Source: Ramazzottius varieornatus (lineage: Eukaryota > Animalia > Tardigrada). From it: a DNA stretch of 64,000 nucleotides. This document shows positions 46,888 through 60,156 of this stretch, in pieces. The notes beneath the pieces are model-generated. The model had not been told where the DNA came from. It made no database searches and saw nothing but the letters and a program-made list of their open reading frames with translations. The DNA is taken from the NCBI GenBank assembly GCA_001949185.1, contig BDGG01000001.1, forward strand, positions 3,427,324 through 3,491,323, read 5' to 3'. A program made the position numbers and the translations under genes. Position 1 is the stretch's first letter, and each line of letters begins with the position of its first letter.

Positions 46888-49800
46888 ATGGCTATTGGAT
46901 ACGAGCTCGAAAGAGCTAATGGGACCAATATGTCGATACTCAATGGAGGACTTTCTACAAGTCTTCATGTGGACTCACTGAGGGAACGAGGAAGTTCCAG
47001 CGAGAACGAGAACATGGTCAAGTCGGAATCCAACAGGGACCCCAGGTCTCCGAGCTTATCGCCAGCACCAAACGCGGATCGCCTAGCGGAGTACGAACTG
47101 GCCATACAGTTAGGGGACGGAGCTTACGGAACCGTCACCTCGGCCATCCACAAGAAAACTGGCCAGACAGTGGCGGTTAAAAGGTACGAAACTTTCTGGC
47201 CTAATATTGACAGAGTGTGTTTGTCTGAAGTTCCGCACTCGACACCACCTGGCGACCTTTCAATCCAGTCGTTACCTGGATGTCAGTAGACGAATTTATA
47301 GATTAGAGTCTTGTCTTGAAGATATTTAGAAACGGCAGAAAACCTTGTGGATATTTTCTTATCGCCACGCTGTACAACCAGGAAGAACAAAGTGTCTGAC
47401 GATGACAGTCATCATAATCGATCATTATGCCTGGCAATCATGACTCGATAACAGGGAATGCATGCTTGAGCGCAACGCAACACGCAAGTCTTTTTCATCA
47501 CGGTAACCGTCAGCTAATTGTTTCCAGGGCGATTTTCCAGTTAGGAGAGTCATTTGCCGGGACGTTTGCGATCGACAGAGCTGGACGTCAAAGCCAGTGT
47601 CCCGGAACTCGAATCACTATGACAATTCCTACGGATTCTAATTTCCTGACATTAGTGCTCTGTCACCTGGCAGATCAACAAGGAAGAACAGTGCGAGTAC
47701 ACAGGCAAAATTTTGCAAGTAATCTTAACGAGCAACCCCGCATGATTCGAGAACTCAATCGATGACGTGCCCTTGACAAAGTAGACTCCAGAGCCAACCC
47801 AAATTTCACGAAATCTTTTAAAAACCCGAATACTTGGATTATTCCATAAAATGGTCGCACGGAACCAGGAAGCCTGTCAGTGCTAGTACTTAAAACGACT
47901 GATACCATCGGAGACCCCAACATCATTCAACTATTTTCTGCAACTCATTGGGATGGTTTCTTGTTATGTCAAACTGGATGATATTTCTTGTGGAAGGACC
48001 AATGCGATGACTGAGAAGAGACTTGATGCGTTGTTGTGCGCCCGATCTTGACGAATTGAAAGCCAAGACCAGGGACCTCAAGAAAAAAGAGAGACATGGC
48101 CTGGAATGGCTAAAAGGGATGGTTGGTCAAGCACAGGTGGCCGTCCCGTCCAAATTTAGTCACTTTGGTGGTGGATATGAAAAAAGCCAAGCCCGGGGTG
48201 CTCTGGAAAAAGCCAGGTTTCAATTTCTGAATCAAGTGGGTGATGGGACTTATGGCCGCGTTTATTTGGCCAAGGCTCTTGACGCAAAGGGGAAGCTGCA
48301 GTCTTACGCCATCAAAATGTACAGTAGGTGTAACATGGGACCTTCATGACGCCTACTTCATATTTTACGGTTATTTGCAGAATGAAGAGCACTTATCTCT
48401 CCTGGAAGGACGCTCTGAAAGAAATGGAGATCGTGGTGGCTACCGAACTGAAACGTCATCCAAATATCATCCACATGTTGGAGGCCTTCCGGGAAGCCCA
48501 GCAGCTCTACATGGTCTTCGAATTCATGCAGTGTAATCTGTACCAGCTGATGAAGGAGCGCGCCACCAAACGCTTTTCCGAGGATGAGACACGTAGCATT
48601 TCGGGCCAAGTACTTTACGGATTACAGTACTTACACGAAAAAGGTACTGTAAGCTTGAACTGAAAACAGTATGGAAAAACTGAATGTCCTATACTGCGTC
48701 GCTTTCCCGTACGTAAAGTGTATCTGTCCCAGAATCTTGCCTTCAACATTTGACCTTTTGAAAACCCGATTAGTCAAAGTGGACGTTAAAATCGATGGCT
48801 TTTAACTAGATTCATGATGCATTGACTAATGAAATATCACTTCGTTTTCTATTTGACTAGTATTTAGTTTGCAAACAAATTTCAAATATCTACGTAATGC
48901 TGGACGACACACCCAGGACTATTTCGAAGCAAGCTAAGCTGTTCAACCATTGCTGATGCATCCTCTAATTAACTTAGGATTTTTCCATCGCGACCTGAAG
49001 CCCGAGAACATCCTGTGCAATGGAACGGAAGTGGTGAAGATTGCGGATTTTGGACAGGCTCGACTCATTCGCTCGCGACCTCCGTATACCGAATACGTGT
49101 CAACAAGATGGTACGTCAGATATATTCATCCAATTACCCCTTACTTCGACGGCCATGAAATAATCTCAGTCAAACTTGCGCAGGTATCGCGCACCGGAAC
49201 TCGTCCTATCCTCCAGAGTTTACAGCGTTGGAGTGGACATCTGGGCTATAGGCTGTATAGTGGCGGAAATCGTAACACTGAGACCTCTCTTCGACGGTTC
49301 CACAGCCGCCGATCAGCTCTTTAAAATCGTAAAGCTACTTGGAACACCAAAAAGGGTAAGCCTTTTTGCCGACTGCTTCTGGCTTCATTCCACAAGATAG
49401 TTTTCCCCTTCCAGGAAGAATGGCCACAAGGTTACGAGATGGCCGATCGCATTAAAATGTCTTTCCCTCCGGGCTTCGAACGTCAAAAGATGAGTCTTTT
49501 CATCAAGCCAGCCAGCTCACAATGCGAAGAAGTGATAGTTTCTGCTCTGCAATACAATCCTCAAGCAAGACCTTCTGCCAAAGCGGTACGAATGAAATCA
49601 TACTTTGGAAAGAAACGTAAACCATACAGTAATCCCAGCCAAACTACAGTATGGCTGGTTTCAGTGTCTTCAAATGCCATTCTTTTCAAAATCTTCAGCG
49701 GTGAAGAAGTCATGGGATCCAAACAGCGGAGAAACTTTAACATGGAAGAGACAACTGCCAGCCGGTCCAGTAAAGCAGAAAACCGAAGTCCTGCTCAACG

Positions 49801-50642
49801 TTCAGCCAAGCGAACGCTCCGCGTCCGATCCCTTATCGCTTTCACCAAAGCAGACCTTGCCAGAACCTACGGCAACGACATCCCAACCTTTCATCCCCAC
49901 CACCGTACAAAACCCACTACCGTCCCGTCGACCGATGGGACCATCCGGACAGATCAGCCAGCCTTTAAAGCAAGACAGCTCATCCATCATCGCCAAAGCG
50001 AAAGACCCTAACCACGCACACCTATTCCGTCGTTACGAGAGCCAAAACTCGATCCCTGTGTCCAAACTACCGCTCGGAGCAAGTGGTATAGACAAGAACA
50101 ATCTCCAGAAGTTCGCTCTGCAGATGGAGAAAGTGACAAAGTCCTCCACCATACCCGATATGCTCAACATACATGTGGCGCCAGCTGGCGACCAAAAGAA
50201 GCCGCGTTTCCGGACAGACAAAGCGCCACTGCAGCCCGCGAAGTTCGGTCACATGCAGCGGATTTTACTTCCTCGTGGAGATTCGCAGAAAACACTCGAC
50301 GTAAACTCCCAAAACGAACCTTCAACCTTGAATGTAAATAGAAAGAATGGTGGTGATGGGAGTCATTCCGACGGGGAATTCCCGGACTCTTTCAAGAAGG
50401 ACACAAAGTTCGAAGATACTGTAAGTGCGAAAGCAGAGAACCAACTAGACCAGTTATGGGCGAGTCATGCTCGGAATTTAGCATTGAAGCCCCCACGGTT
50501 TACAATATCACGCAAAGCGTCCATGGCTTCCTCCCTGAGTCGTCCTCCTGCTGCACATTCCAGCCGAACAGTTCCCCAGGCAGCACCTGCTGGTGACACA
50601 CTTCAGCGCCGGTCTCACGAACCCTCCTGGTGGGATAAGTGA
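46888..50642 (+). CDS. MAK/ICK (RCK family) serine/threonine kinase with long disordered C-tail
   Basis: GDGAYG..VAVK (exon A) or GDGTYG..YAIK (exon B); HPNII; [17 protein letters not shown]; [13 protein letters not shown]; [22 protein letters not shown]|YRAPE; DIWAIGCI. Start codon of exon A uncertain. Confidence 0.92.
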
Positions 50643-53600
50643 ATTATCGATTCCATGCATCCAGAAAAACCCAGATGACATACCGACATTCCTAGGACTG
50701 CTATCAACTTTTCAGCTTTTTAGGAACTTTTATCGGAAAGGAAACCGGAAGTCCTTGCAAACCGGTTTTATACTTGAGTTCCCGATGTACCTTACTTGTT
50801 GAAGAAGATTTCTTCTGCTCCTTTTCTATTAGCTTGTTTCAAAGCTGGATGTACAGAGAACTATCAATGTGTGTTATATTTTTGTGTATTAAATACTTTT
50901 GACTATAATCGATCGAAGATGAGTTTCGTCTGAAATTTGGAACCGGATATTGTCCGCTAGAGTGTGATTATCAAGCGACAGAAAAAACCATTTACGATCA
51001 ATGTATGTCGCAGTTTCTCTCGATTAGCCAGAGCACTTTCCAGCCCCGGCACCCAAAGGCCCAAAAGCGCAGAAAACGTTCAACCGGAAGTGAATGCTGT
51101 GCAGTGTATTACAGCGACATCAACTTGATACCGCCAAGGGCGTTCAGTATACATCCGCGCGGCGTCTATACAGGTAATTATTCGAGTACTAGCATCCACC
51201 AAAAAATCAAGCAAGAATGTACAGAGTGCCATGTTCGAAGTACGACCAGCGTTTGTGCGGAAGGAACGAAGAAAATCGATCAACGGCATCTCCGGCACGA
51301 CAGTTTCTCAACAAACTCTCCATGTTGCGCGCAGTTCTTCACCCAGGAAGGAACCTGCCGACAGCTGCTGCAGGGTAACTGATAGTACTTCAACACAAGT
51401 CAGGAAAAGAAGTATGAGCGGGATCGAAGAGCACACCCAACGGTGACGCGCCTGTCGAAACTATCCAACACTAATATCGATACAAACTTTGTACGAGGCA
51501 TTGAAAGCGACAACGACACTTCCACCCGGGAACCCAGCTGAAGCACGTAGTGAGTGTGAATGGCATGTGCACTTCTCTAGCGTTCCCTGTTCCACATACC
51601 ACCAAGGATGCGGCAGCTCTTGATTCTCTTTCAATGCCTCACGTGAGTCTAAATAGATTTTCTCAACTTTGAATGCTCAGTCGTCTCGACAAAGAGTACC
51701 GAAGTCGTCGCACTTGTGAGCATATAAACAAGGACGGATGGACCTCATCATATCCAACAACAATAATCCTGTTGGACTTCCGGCTCTCTAAATCTTGTTG
51801 CTTCTTCCGGAGGCCTATGCTGATTCCGCAGAGACTATCGTTTTGCTGCGTGAGGGTAAGCGGAACAGAAAGTAGTACTTGAAAACATATGCTCTTATGT
51901 AGGTGCAAACCAACACGAGGAGGAAGCAGGACCTATGAAACAACCTTTTTGCTGCACCGGAAGTAATGACATTCAGTGAGATGAATATTCGAAAGCCCGA
52001 AGAGCTTGAGGTATCACGTCCATAATGTCTACGATGACCGTCCTTGTCTGCGTCATTGGTCCTCAAACTGCAAAGAAACAGTTGAAGCTGGATGAAGAGT
52101 TACTTTGAAGTCATCTTGGGAATGATTGTATATGACAAGCAGCTTGGGTTAGCCAGACTGGAGGAAGTGCAGTAACAGGATTTCACGTGAGCAAGAGCCT
52201 TACCCTTGATATCAGCCGAGCCAGTTCCGACAAGCAAGTCAATAAGAGCGGATGGCCAAACTTAATCAAACGCTTAAGAAAGGCCGCAGGAAGTTTATGT
52301 AGCGTAATTGGCTAGACCTATCAGCCGAAGGAAGTGATTTTGTTGGTCTATCGAACAGGGTTCCTCGCCCGTCAATTCAAACCAAGTTATTCTTGATCCG
52401 TAGTAAGCCGCAACAAGATAGTTGTACTGGTGCTTCTTGGTGTCACAGGCACGGAAAACTGAATCCGAGTTGGCAGCTGAGATGAAAGAAGTATAAAAAG
52501 CTACGAGCTTCTACGCTGTAGCAGGAATGATATCGAAACCATTATGCGGGAATCCCTGGACGCGAACTCCGCCTCTCAGACCATTATATCCATGTCAAAA
52601 TGATGCACGGCTTGATCCAAGCTAGCCAAGATAGCGACGCCGGGATGGCAAAGCGTAAATTTGGGTGATAACTAGTCTACATAAAATCGATTATTGCTCG
52701 ATCCATTCAAGCATAAGCACACAATGCAGGGATGAGAAATCATTGCATTTACATCCTTCCGAAAATTCTGGCCATCCTGTGAAGCCTTTTTTGGAATGCT
52801 GAGAAACCTCAGGGATTATTCTCCCGCATGCACAGCATTCCCTCATCCTGGAATTTAATTGACTAAACCAAGCAAACAGGCAAGCTAAACCACAATCAGG
52901 CGGAACATTTGGGTGCTTTAGCATATTACGATGGGCTATTAGGGACGATACCGCTGGATGATGTCGGGCTATTAAACGCCCACACGCTTCTCTCCCCGGG
53001 AAAATTTTGCAAGCTTAGAGCCTCAATGTCTGTAGAGGAAGCCCACAACTACGATTCCTTAAACTTCCCATGTCTTCCCATCCTGTTTCAAGAACTCCTA
53101 AACTCCTTTTCTGGGTGTTTAGGCCGGTGCGATATTTCTGTAATTCCATATCTATTTTTCAGGTTGACCTCCACCCGGAAGTGCCTGGCTCTGCATATTG
53201 AAGTTCTAGATGATGGAACCGGATTGCTGAATCATTCCACAGCAACGTTTCATCATTCCTTTCCTGTAATAAAGTCAGCCCAGGATATTTCCACTCATTG
53301 TGGGACACATATCCAGACTTACTCGTACACGCGCCATAACCTTCCATCATCTTTGCGCGCCCACGTGACTTTGTCGTCACTGCCGCTTGACTGCACCTGC
53401 ATACCATGAATCCCGGCGAATATACAGGACTACACGTTCCCTCTCGAACAAGGATCGACTGAGCCAGACAACTAATTGACTTATTGCGTAGACGATCTGC
53501 TCATTGGGCAAGAATCTACCGCCCGGAAAATATATTCCTTGCAGAATACCTTGAGTCGTCATCCCCAGTGTGTGGCGATATATTCGGATACTCGCGGAAA

Positions 53601-53671
53601 AACTCGGAAAACTCCGAACAACCACAAGGGAAGACGAACCTCGGAAATCCCCTGAAGACAACTGGGCGAAT

Positions 53672-53973
53672 ATGGCAGCCCGGAACTCTGACGGCGCGAC
53701 CGGAAACGGAAACACTGCACCTCCACAGAGCAAACCGTCACTTCCGGATTCGTTCTACGACATGCTATTGAAAGTACAGGTAAGAAATCAATTAAGATGG
53801 ATTGTTGAACAAGCGGAATATCAAAGATGGATTTGTGTCTGCAGGGTTCCAGAATGGATGATCAACGTGCGTCGATATCGATACCGTTAACACGGTCCAA
53901 CACAGCGCCCTCTGCCAACTCTGAGTCAAGCCACACTTTGACCGATGCATCAAACAGATCCCGGAAAACTTGA
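53672..53973 (+). CDS. Small single-GoLoco (GPR) motif protein, 2 exons, 78 aa
   Basis: Splicing intron 53780-53844 (GTAAG..CTGCAG) yields DSFYDMLLKVQ|GSRMDDQRASI, the GoLoco consensus with the DQR triad. Upstream exons are not excluded. Confidence 0.78.
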
Positions 53974-54564
53974 CAAAACCTTTGCCAACTTGCTTAGCCC
54001 TACGAGGGTCTCGAACAAAGGTTCTTCCATCCCCTGCAGCTTTCACTTGACGAAGAGCTATGCCATACTGTCAACTGGCTGTATATCTGACCTACCGACC
54101 CTTTTTCTAGTCGAAAGTCTATCCATCGATCAGCTCATGGTTTATGACATTGAATAGCGTATTTCAGTGATGAGCCTACTTCCTGAAACCCGATTAGAAG
54201 TTTCGATGCAACGTGCTTTGAAACTATTTCGAGACTGTTTCAGTGTTTCTGCCAAAAACGTATTGATCCATTGTTCTGATATTACTGTAACGCTGTCTGC
54301 AGACCCAGTCCCGCGGCGCTTGGCCTTTGTCCGTCTTTGCTTTCACCCCAACAGGGACCAGGCGGCCCCATACGTACATAATGTGTAAGCACAGTCAGTG
54401 AAAGCAAAGCTGAAGCCTGAGACTAACTCAGGAGTTTTTCCTTCCCTTCAAATTCGAGATCCAGTTATTTCATCGGAGAACATTTCATAAAGATAGTAGC
54501 TGTATCTGTAAGGCGTATGGTCTAAGACATCGTGGCCCTCGGTGTTCGGAAGCCTTGATGCGAT

Positions 54565-55518
54565 ATGGAGAGTCCGGACGTCCTTTACACCGTTTACTAT
54601 CTTCCTCCGGAGATACTTCACGAAATCCTTCAAGAACTGGACACGCTGACCCAAATCAAACTATCCCGGTAAACAACATTTATGTTTCGCTATGCTGTAA
54701 TTTTAACGTTGTAACGGTTACCGTGTTGACTCTGCAGTGTCTCGTCAGAATGGAAAGCCGCTCTGAGCAATCCCCGTTTGCGGAAGTCCTGTTTTCTGGA
54801 CATCAAACTCTTCCACGGAACCCTGCACAACAGCTTACTCACACCCTTCTGGTACCGCCTAGCCTTCTGTACGGGACAAGCAACGCGCGCGATTGCCTTG
54901 AACCGCGAAAGGATCGAGGACCTATTGTACAATTGCATTTCGGAAAGAACCAAGATTCTTCACGTGAAGCTGGATGTCGACAGACCCGACCACGTACCAG
55001 AGCAAATCTGGTCAGACTTCTGTCTCCACTTCATTTGGCATCTTCTACGAATTGGCAAAAATATCACGCATTTCTTGCTGGAAGACGCCTGGGTGGACGG
55101 ATCTGTCGAACTGTGGAAGTACTTCATGGTGCCTGGTAGGCTGCCTGCTCGCTTCGACGGAACAGCGACACCTCACTCTCTGCGCGTTGTTTCATTCAAG
55201 AACGGCCTGTTCAGCACTCAGAGACGGTTCTTTCCCACGTTGGTCTGGTTTCCCAACGGAAGATGCGCCACGTACGGTGGTAAACCGGTCAATGATTGCG
55301 TCTACGACAAGCTGCCAGATGGATGTAGTCCATACACAAAAATACCCCTCTTAACCTTCGATCTTCGAAACCCATCCCAGGCAGAGCAAGATATGGTGCT
55401 TTCTCTGGACTGTCACAGCGAGGAAGTGCCACCGGGAGTCCTGCAAACTCTGACGGACAAAGTCCGAAACTTGCCTGAAGACGCTCGTACCAGATGGAAG
55501 GCCGAGCTCCACCTGTAA
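54565..55518 (+). CDS. F-box protein, 2 exons
   Basis: Splicing intron 54669-54737 gives MESPDVLYTVYYLPPEILHEILQELDTLTQIKLSR|VSSEWKAALSNPRL (F-box), followed by an unrecognised C-terminal domain of about 245 aa. Confidence 0.82.
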
Positions 55519-56100
55519 GAATATTGCAGGCTATCAAAAGCTCAAGAAGGAAACCCAGTCAAACTAAGATAATTTTATTGTACGTTTTCTTCTCAGAAAC
55601 GAGCCTCAGTATCGAGGTGTCGAAGCCAAGGAAATAGATCTCAACTCCGTCAACTGGTCGACACTGCGCAAAACCACCCAGCACTTCTTCCTCTGCTTCA
55701 AAGCCGTGTATGATCCTCAGGTTCATCACTATGATCCTTTCCATGGATATGTTTAAGACATTGGACAAAACCTTTCTGGACAGAGACTTGTCCCGCAAAA
55801 CATAAAGCTGCCGCCCAGAATTTGGTCCTGCTGTTATACTTGATTGTTGGATAGTTTTGCCGTATAACTTCCCTATTTTGAACTGTAGCGAGAGCTTCTG
55901 CAGTCTCCATCTGTTTTTTTGGATCAAAGTTGTTCATTTAGCCTTAAAACTACCATATTACGAATGGTAGTACGCAATTAACGACAAGAAAAAGTAATCA
56001 CAGGTTTGCCAGTCAACTGGTACGTTTTTGACTGAGCAACGTAATCACGAGGCGATCAAAGCGATCGAGACAATACTGAGGACCTGCTTGACTGAAAAGA

Positions 56101-59100
56101 CTACCAGTGGTTCTTCAACGACACCACCGTTAATCCCCGACGTAGGCTTTCAACTGTCGTGGTACCTCTAGCGAAAAATTGTACCTGCTCTTGAGGTCGA
56201 TACTGAAGAAATCCGTTCTTTGAAAAGCGTCCCGGTGTTCCGATGGCTTCAATCCATACGAAGAGTGCGATCTTGTCCGTTTTGATGGTGATATCGAAGG
56301 TGCTTCCAGTGTCATCAGAAGCGTGCACATCGGCTACCTGAAAATACACTCGCAATGAACCATGTTCTGTTTTGGACACTTGCAAGGCTTTCGGCAATCT
56401 TTACAAACCGATAGGTTAGCTAAAGGCAAAGGACAGTGTTTCGGAGGCGCGAAGAAGTGCACATTGGGTGCCGACTGGAAATCTTTGCCTTCCAACGACA
56501 CTACTAGAAAGCAGTCCTCTCGACGCGCACAGTCACCATTGTCTAAAAGTCCCGTCACGTTACGTTGATACACTGTTTCCGCGCTTTGTGCTGCTGGCCA
56601 CTTTTTGTCACTGTTTTTAAACCTTGGTTCGAAGGACTGCCATGCGAATAATTGAATGGTCATCCCCACTTCCACTTCTGTCAAAAGATCGTTCACCAAC
56701 GAAATGCACAGATACCCGTCTTGTTCATACGGCGAGGCTAGGACTGGCTTGAAGAAGTCTTTGGCGTAGTAGTGGCTCATCTTCCACTTGCCACCGAACT
56801 CCACCGACGACCAGGAAGGGCTTGGCCAGATACTGTTCAGCTGCCAGTACAGAGCACCTTTTGAGAACCCTGCTGAGTTTGCAAGGATCGTCGACTGCAT
56901 TCGGCGGTAGAACTCGGTTTCCGTCTTCAGAGCCATCGCTTGGTTTATCTTGAAAAACAAAACCGTTTTGCCAGAAAACACTCATTTAGTGACCGGAAGT
57001 AGAACCGGTTGAGTTCACCTGGGTCAAGTACACCATGGTAGGAAAGGCCTTGGCTCTTTCCAAGAGATTCGGAAGCTTGAAGTTTTGAGCGATTTCATAC
57101 AGCACCTCCGTTTGACCTAATGGATGATGCTGTCGATGGTTGGCCCATCTGCTGTAGTAAGACAGATCTTCTGGCTTCGTGAAGTTCTTCAGAGTTTCGA
57201 TAGACTCCCACGACTGGAAACCGTACTCCGAAGCGAACCTTGTTGCCGGATAAATTGTCCAGTTCCACGGATTCACATTGTACGCGTAAAAATGCGCTGA
57301 ACGATACCACTATACTTCGTAAACAGGAACATTATATGTGTTGGAGTTCTGCGCTTGACTCACCGTCGCCGTAAAGGTTACTGCGTGGGTCCTTCGCTAT
57401 CCATCCTTCTTCCTCAGTCAACTTCCCGTTCGTTGGACTTGACGGAATCCAAGGTCGACTATCGATCTCGTACTTCGAGTACTCGTCTCGAATGGTATCG
57501 ACATAAAGTTTGATGTAATCGCGTTTATACACATCCGATTTTGACTGTGTAAAGTACCAGTTTTCCACAAACGCTACTTCGTTCTCGTTGTTACCACTCC
57601 ATAGCGCGATGGAAGGATGATGCTGGAGTCGCAGCACGTTGGACCGAACTTCCTGCCGGACGGAAGCGAGGAAGTCTTCGGTGGTCGGGTACATGGCGCA
57701 CGCGAACATGAAGTCCTGCCAGATGAGGATGCCCAGTTCGTCGCACTTCCGGTAGAAGAAGTCTGACTCGTAGAAGCCACCACCCCACACCCGGAGCATG
57801 TTCATGTTGGCATCCACGGTTGATTGTAGGAGCCACGTAACGTAGTCTTCCGTCACTTCATTCTGGAAAGAGTGAGCGGGAATCCAGTTCGAACCTGTTA
57901 AAATCACAATGCAGCATAAGAACAGTTAAATGAGTACAGGGGGCAAAGCGACCGATCAACCAACTCCCGAAAGCGATGGGATTTCTAGAGGTGTGACCCC
58001 GGGTGCCCGACTCAGCTTCCTTGGTCCGTTCGCTTTTCTGCCTTTTATAGACAGCCGCAATATAAAACCTAGAACTATCGAAATAAAGCCAGATCCTACC
58101 TTTAGCCCAGATGTTCACTCCGTTGACGCGAAAGTAGAACGTCAGTCCCGTTACATTTGGTTTCGCTAACGGTTCTTGGACCAGTTCCACTGTCCGGAAG
58201 GCAATCCGCAGCTCCTTCTTTGAAGTTTCACCAGTTCTGTTGGAGCTCGTGGTCACCGTCACGCTGTACAGTTTCTGCTTGCCGTATCCATTCGGCCACC
58301 ACTTCTCAGTGACTTTCCCGTCAAGCTCGTAAGTAAACGTGAAATTCTCAGAGGACGAACTAATGGTTATGTTCTCTGTTCTGCTAACATTCAACTGGGG
58401 ACCATCTATTGTCAAGTCGATATTTTGTGGAGTCTTTCTAGGTGTGCCTAACAAGTACACGACAAGCTTCAACGACCAGTTGCCGGTTGACTGTGAGAAA
58501 ACTGTGCTGGTCGTGACTGCTTCGATGACGCTGGTGTTGAAAGCGATAACGCTGATGTTCCTCCATATTCCCACGGTGGGGTAGGCAGGTCCCCAGTCCC
58601 AGGCAAAGGAGTGTTGAGCTTTGCGGATGAAGTTCGGGTGGCATTCGCCATGAAGTTCCGGAGGTGGACAGGCTGGCGGGACGACGTAGCCGCGCTTGCG
58701 AAGATGGTTGTTGTACTGGTCGGAGGCGTAGTTAACGGGAGACTGGAAGTCTACAAGGATAATATTTGAGTTTCCTACCTACGATCGACAAATGGAAGCT
58801 AAAGCATCTCGCAATGCATAATCAACTTCGCTGCTAAGGCGAAAGCACCAAGTATGCTTCTTACTTTTATAGCGTGCTTGATGTCGAAGTAGTAAGTGAC
58901 GAACTGGTTGTCGAATGTTCCAACGGAAATGTCGTTGACGAAGACTTCTCCAACAGTGTCTAAGCCTTCACACTTGAGAAGCACGGCTTCGTGGCGATAC
59001 TCGAAGAAATCCGGAGCTAAAAGTTAGAGCGTTAATCCCGATCATCGGGATGGTTATGGATGCTGTGAGAAGCATACACCGTACCATCGAATGTATTCCA

Positions 59101-59478
59101 AAACGTCCAGTTCCTTTTGCTGACCCACCGGAACTCTTCGTCGTTGAAACGATAGTACGCATCTCCTACCAGAGTTCCGTTACGCATCAAATCGGAGTAC
59201 ACGTTGCCCGGAACTTTCGCTGGATACAGATCGTTTTCCATCCGAGCGGCATCTGAAAGCACAGTAGATCGAGGTACATGGTTCCATGAGGGAGGCAGGA
59301 AAAAGTTCGGCCAACGGGTTGTACAGTGTATATAATTATATAAATCAGCGTCTGTTAGCTTACCTCTGCTACGTCCTTTGCCGCTCCAGACGAGCCATTC
59401 CCCATTCAAATCCAGCACAGTTTCCGTCAGTGCTAAAGTGAACTCCAGCAAGACCAGGAGAGCTATGGATTTGCCCAT
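56101..59478 (-). CDS. MANBA: Lysosomal beta-mannosidase (GH2)
   Basis: Signal MGKSIALLVLL; AKVPGNVYSDL; CEGLDTV; FIRKAQHSFAWDWGP; GSNWIPA; ANMNMLRVWGGGFYE; IWQDFMFAC; WSGNNENE (acid/base); RFASEYGFQS (nucleophile); GALYWQLN. Confidence 0.95.
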
Positions 59479-60156
59479 CTCACATGAGAATCTCGAAGGA
59501 GACATCGAAAAAGAGAAATCCACCGGAGTCTGCGAGAAATCTTTTTTGTTTTGGTTTTCTCGCACTTCCGGTGGAATCAATTCAGAAACTGCGATACTTA
59601 GATTTCCAGACGAGCCACGCGTACGCAGCGCAGTTTGTCTCCACCCCTGAGCCCAAAGATTTAGAATTTTAGATTGCCGCGTTTTCCCTTTATCATACGA
59701 GTGAGCACAGGAAGTCCTGCTGGGACAGTTTACCGCCTGTTTAGATTTCTACTTCCTAGTTTTCGTAACTAGTACTTTTCGATCATTTTGTTCGGGACTT
59801 CCGATTCCGAACTAATTCGTAGTGGGTTTTGGAATTCGTAGTTGTTCGACGTTCAGGGAAGTTCAGTGGTTTCCACACGAACAGTTTTTTTCTTTATGTG
59901 CATTATTCAGAACTTGGTATTCGATGGAATGAACAAAACAGAGCAAGACTTGGGTGAATTACAGTGAACATCACAAGTCGACGTGGCTCAAAATAAAATT
60001 CAGTGCGGCGCTTGACTAGAAAAGAGAACGAAAAGGGACCCAGATAACGTTAGCATAAAAACTAAAAATCAGGTGTCACAATGGGAATGTAAACAGAATC
60101 ACCGAAATGAAAAGACCAACACGGAAGATGAAGTTCCGTGTTGGTGCTACCGAAAA

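Noticed and set aside
51005-53409. Several ORFs between the kinase and GoLoco genes (for example 51231-51446 with RRKS and RKRS sites)
   Set aside because: I could not build a consistent spliced model. They may hide a gene or GoLoco upstream exons, but this is unsupported.
55559-55937. Overlapping minus-strand ORFs downstream of MANBA
   Set aside because: No homology recognised; could be MANBA 3' UTR, with minus-strand AATAAA near 55575.
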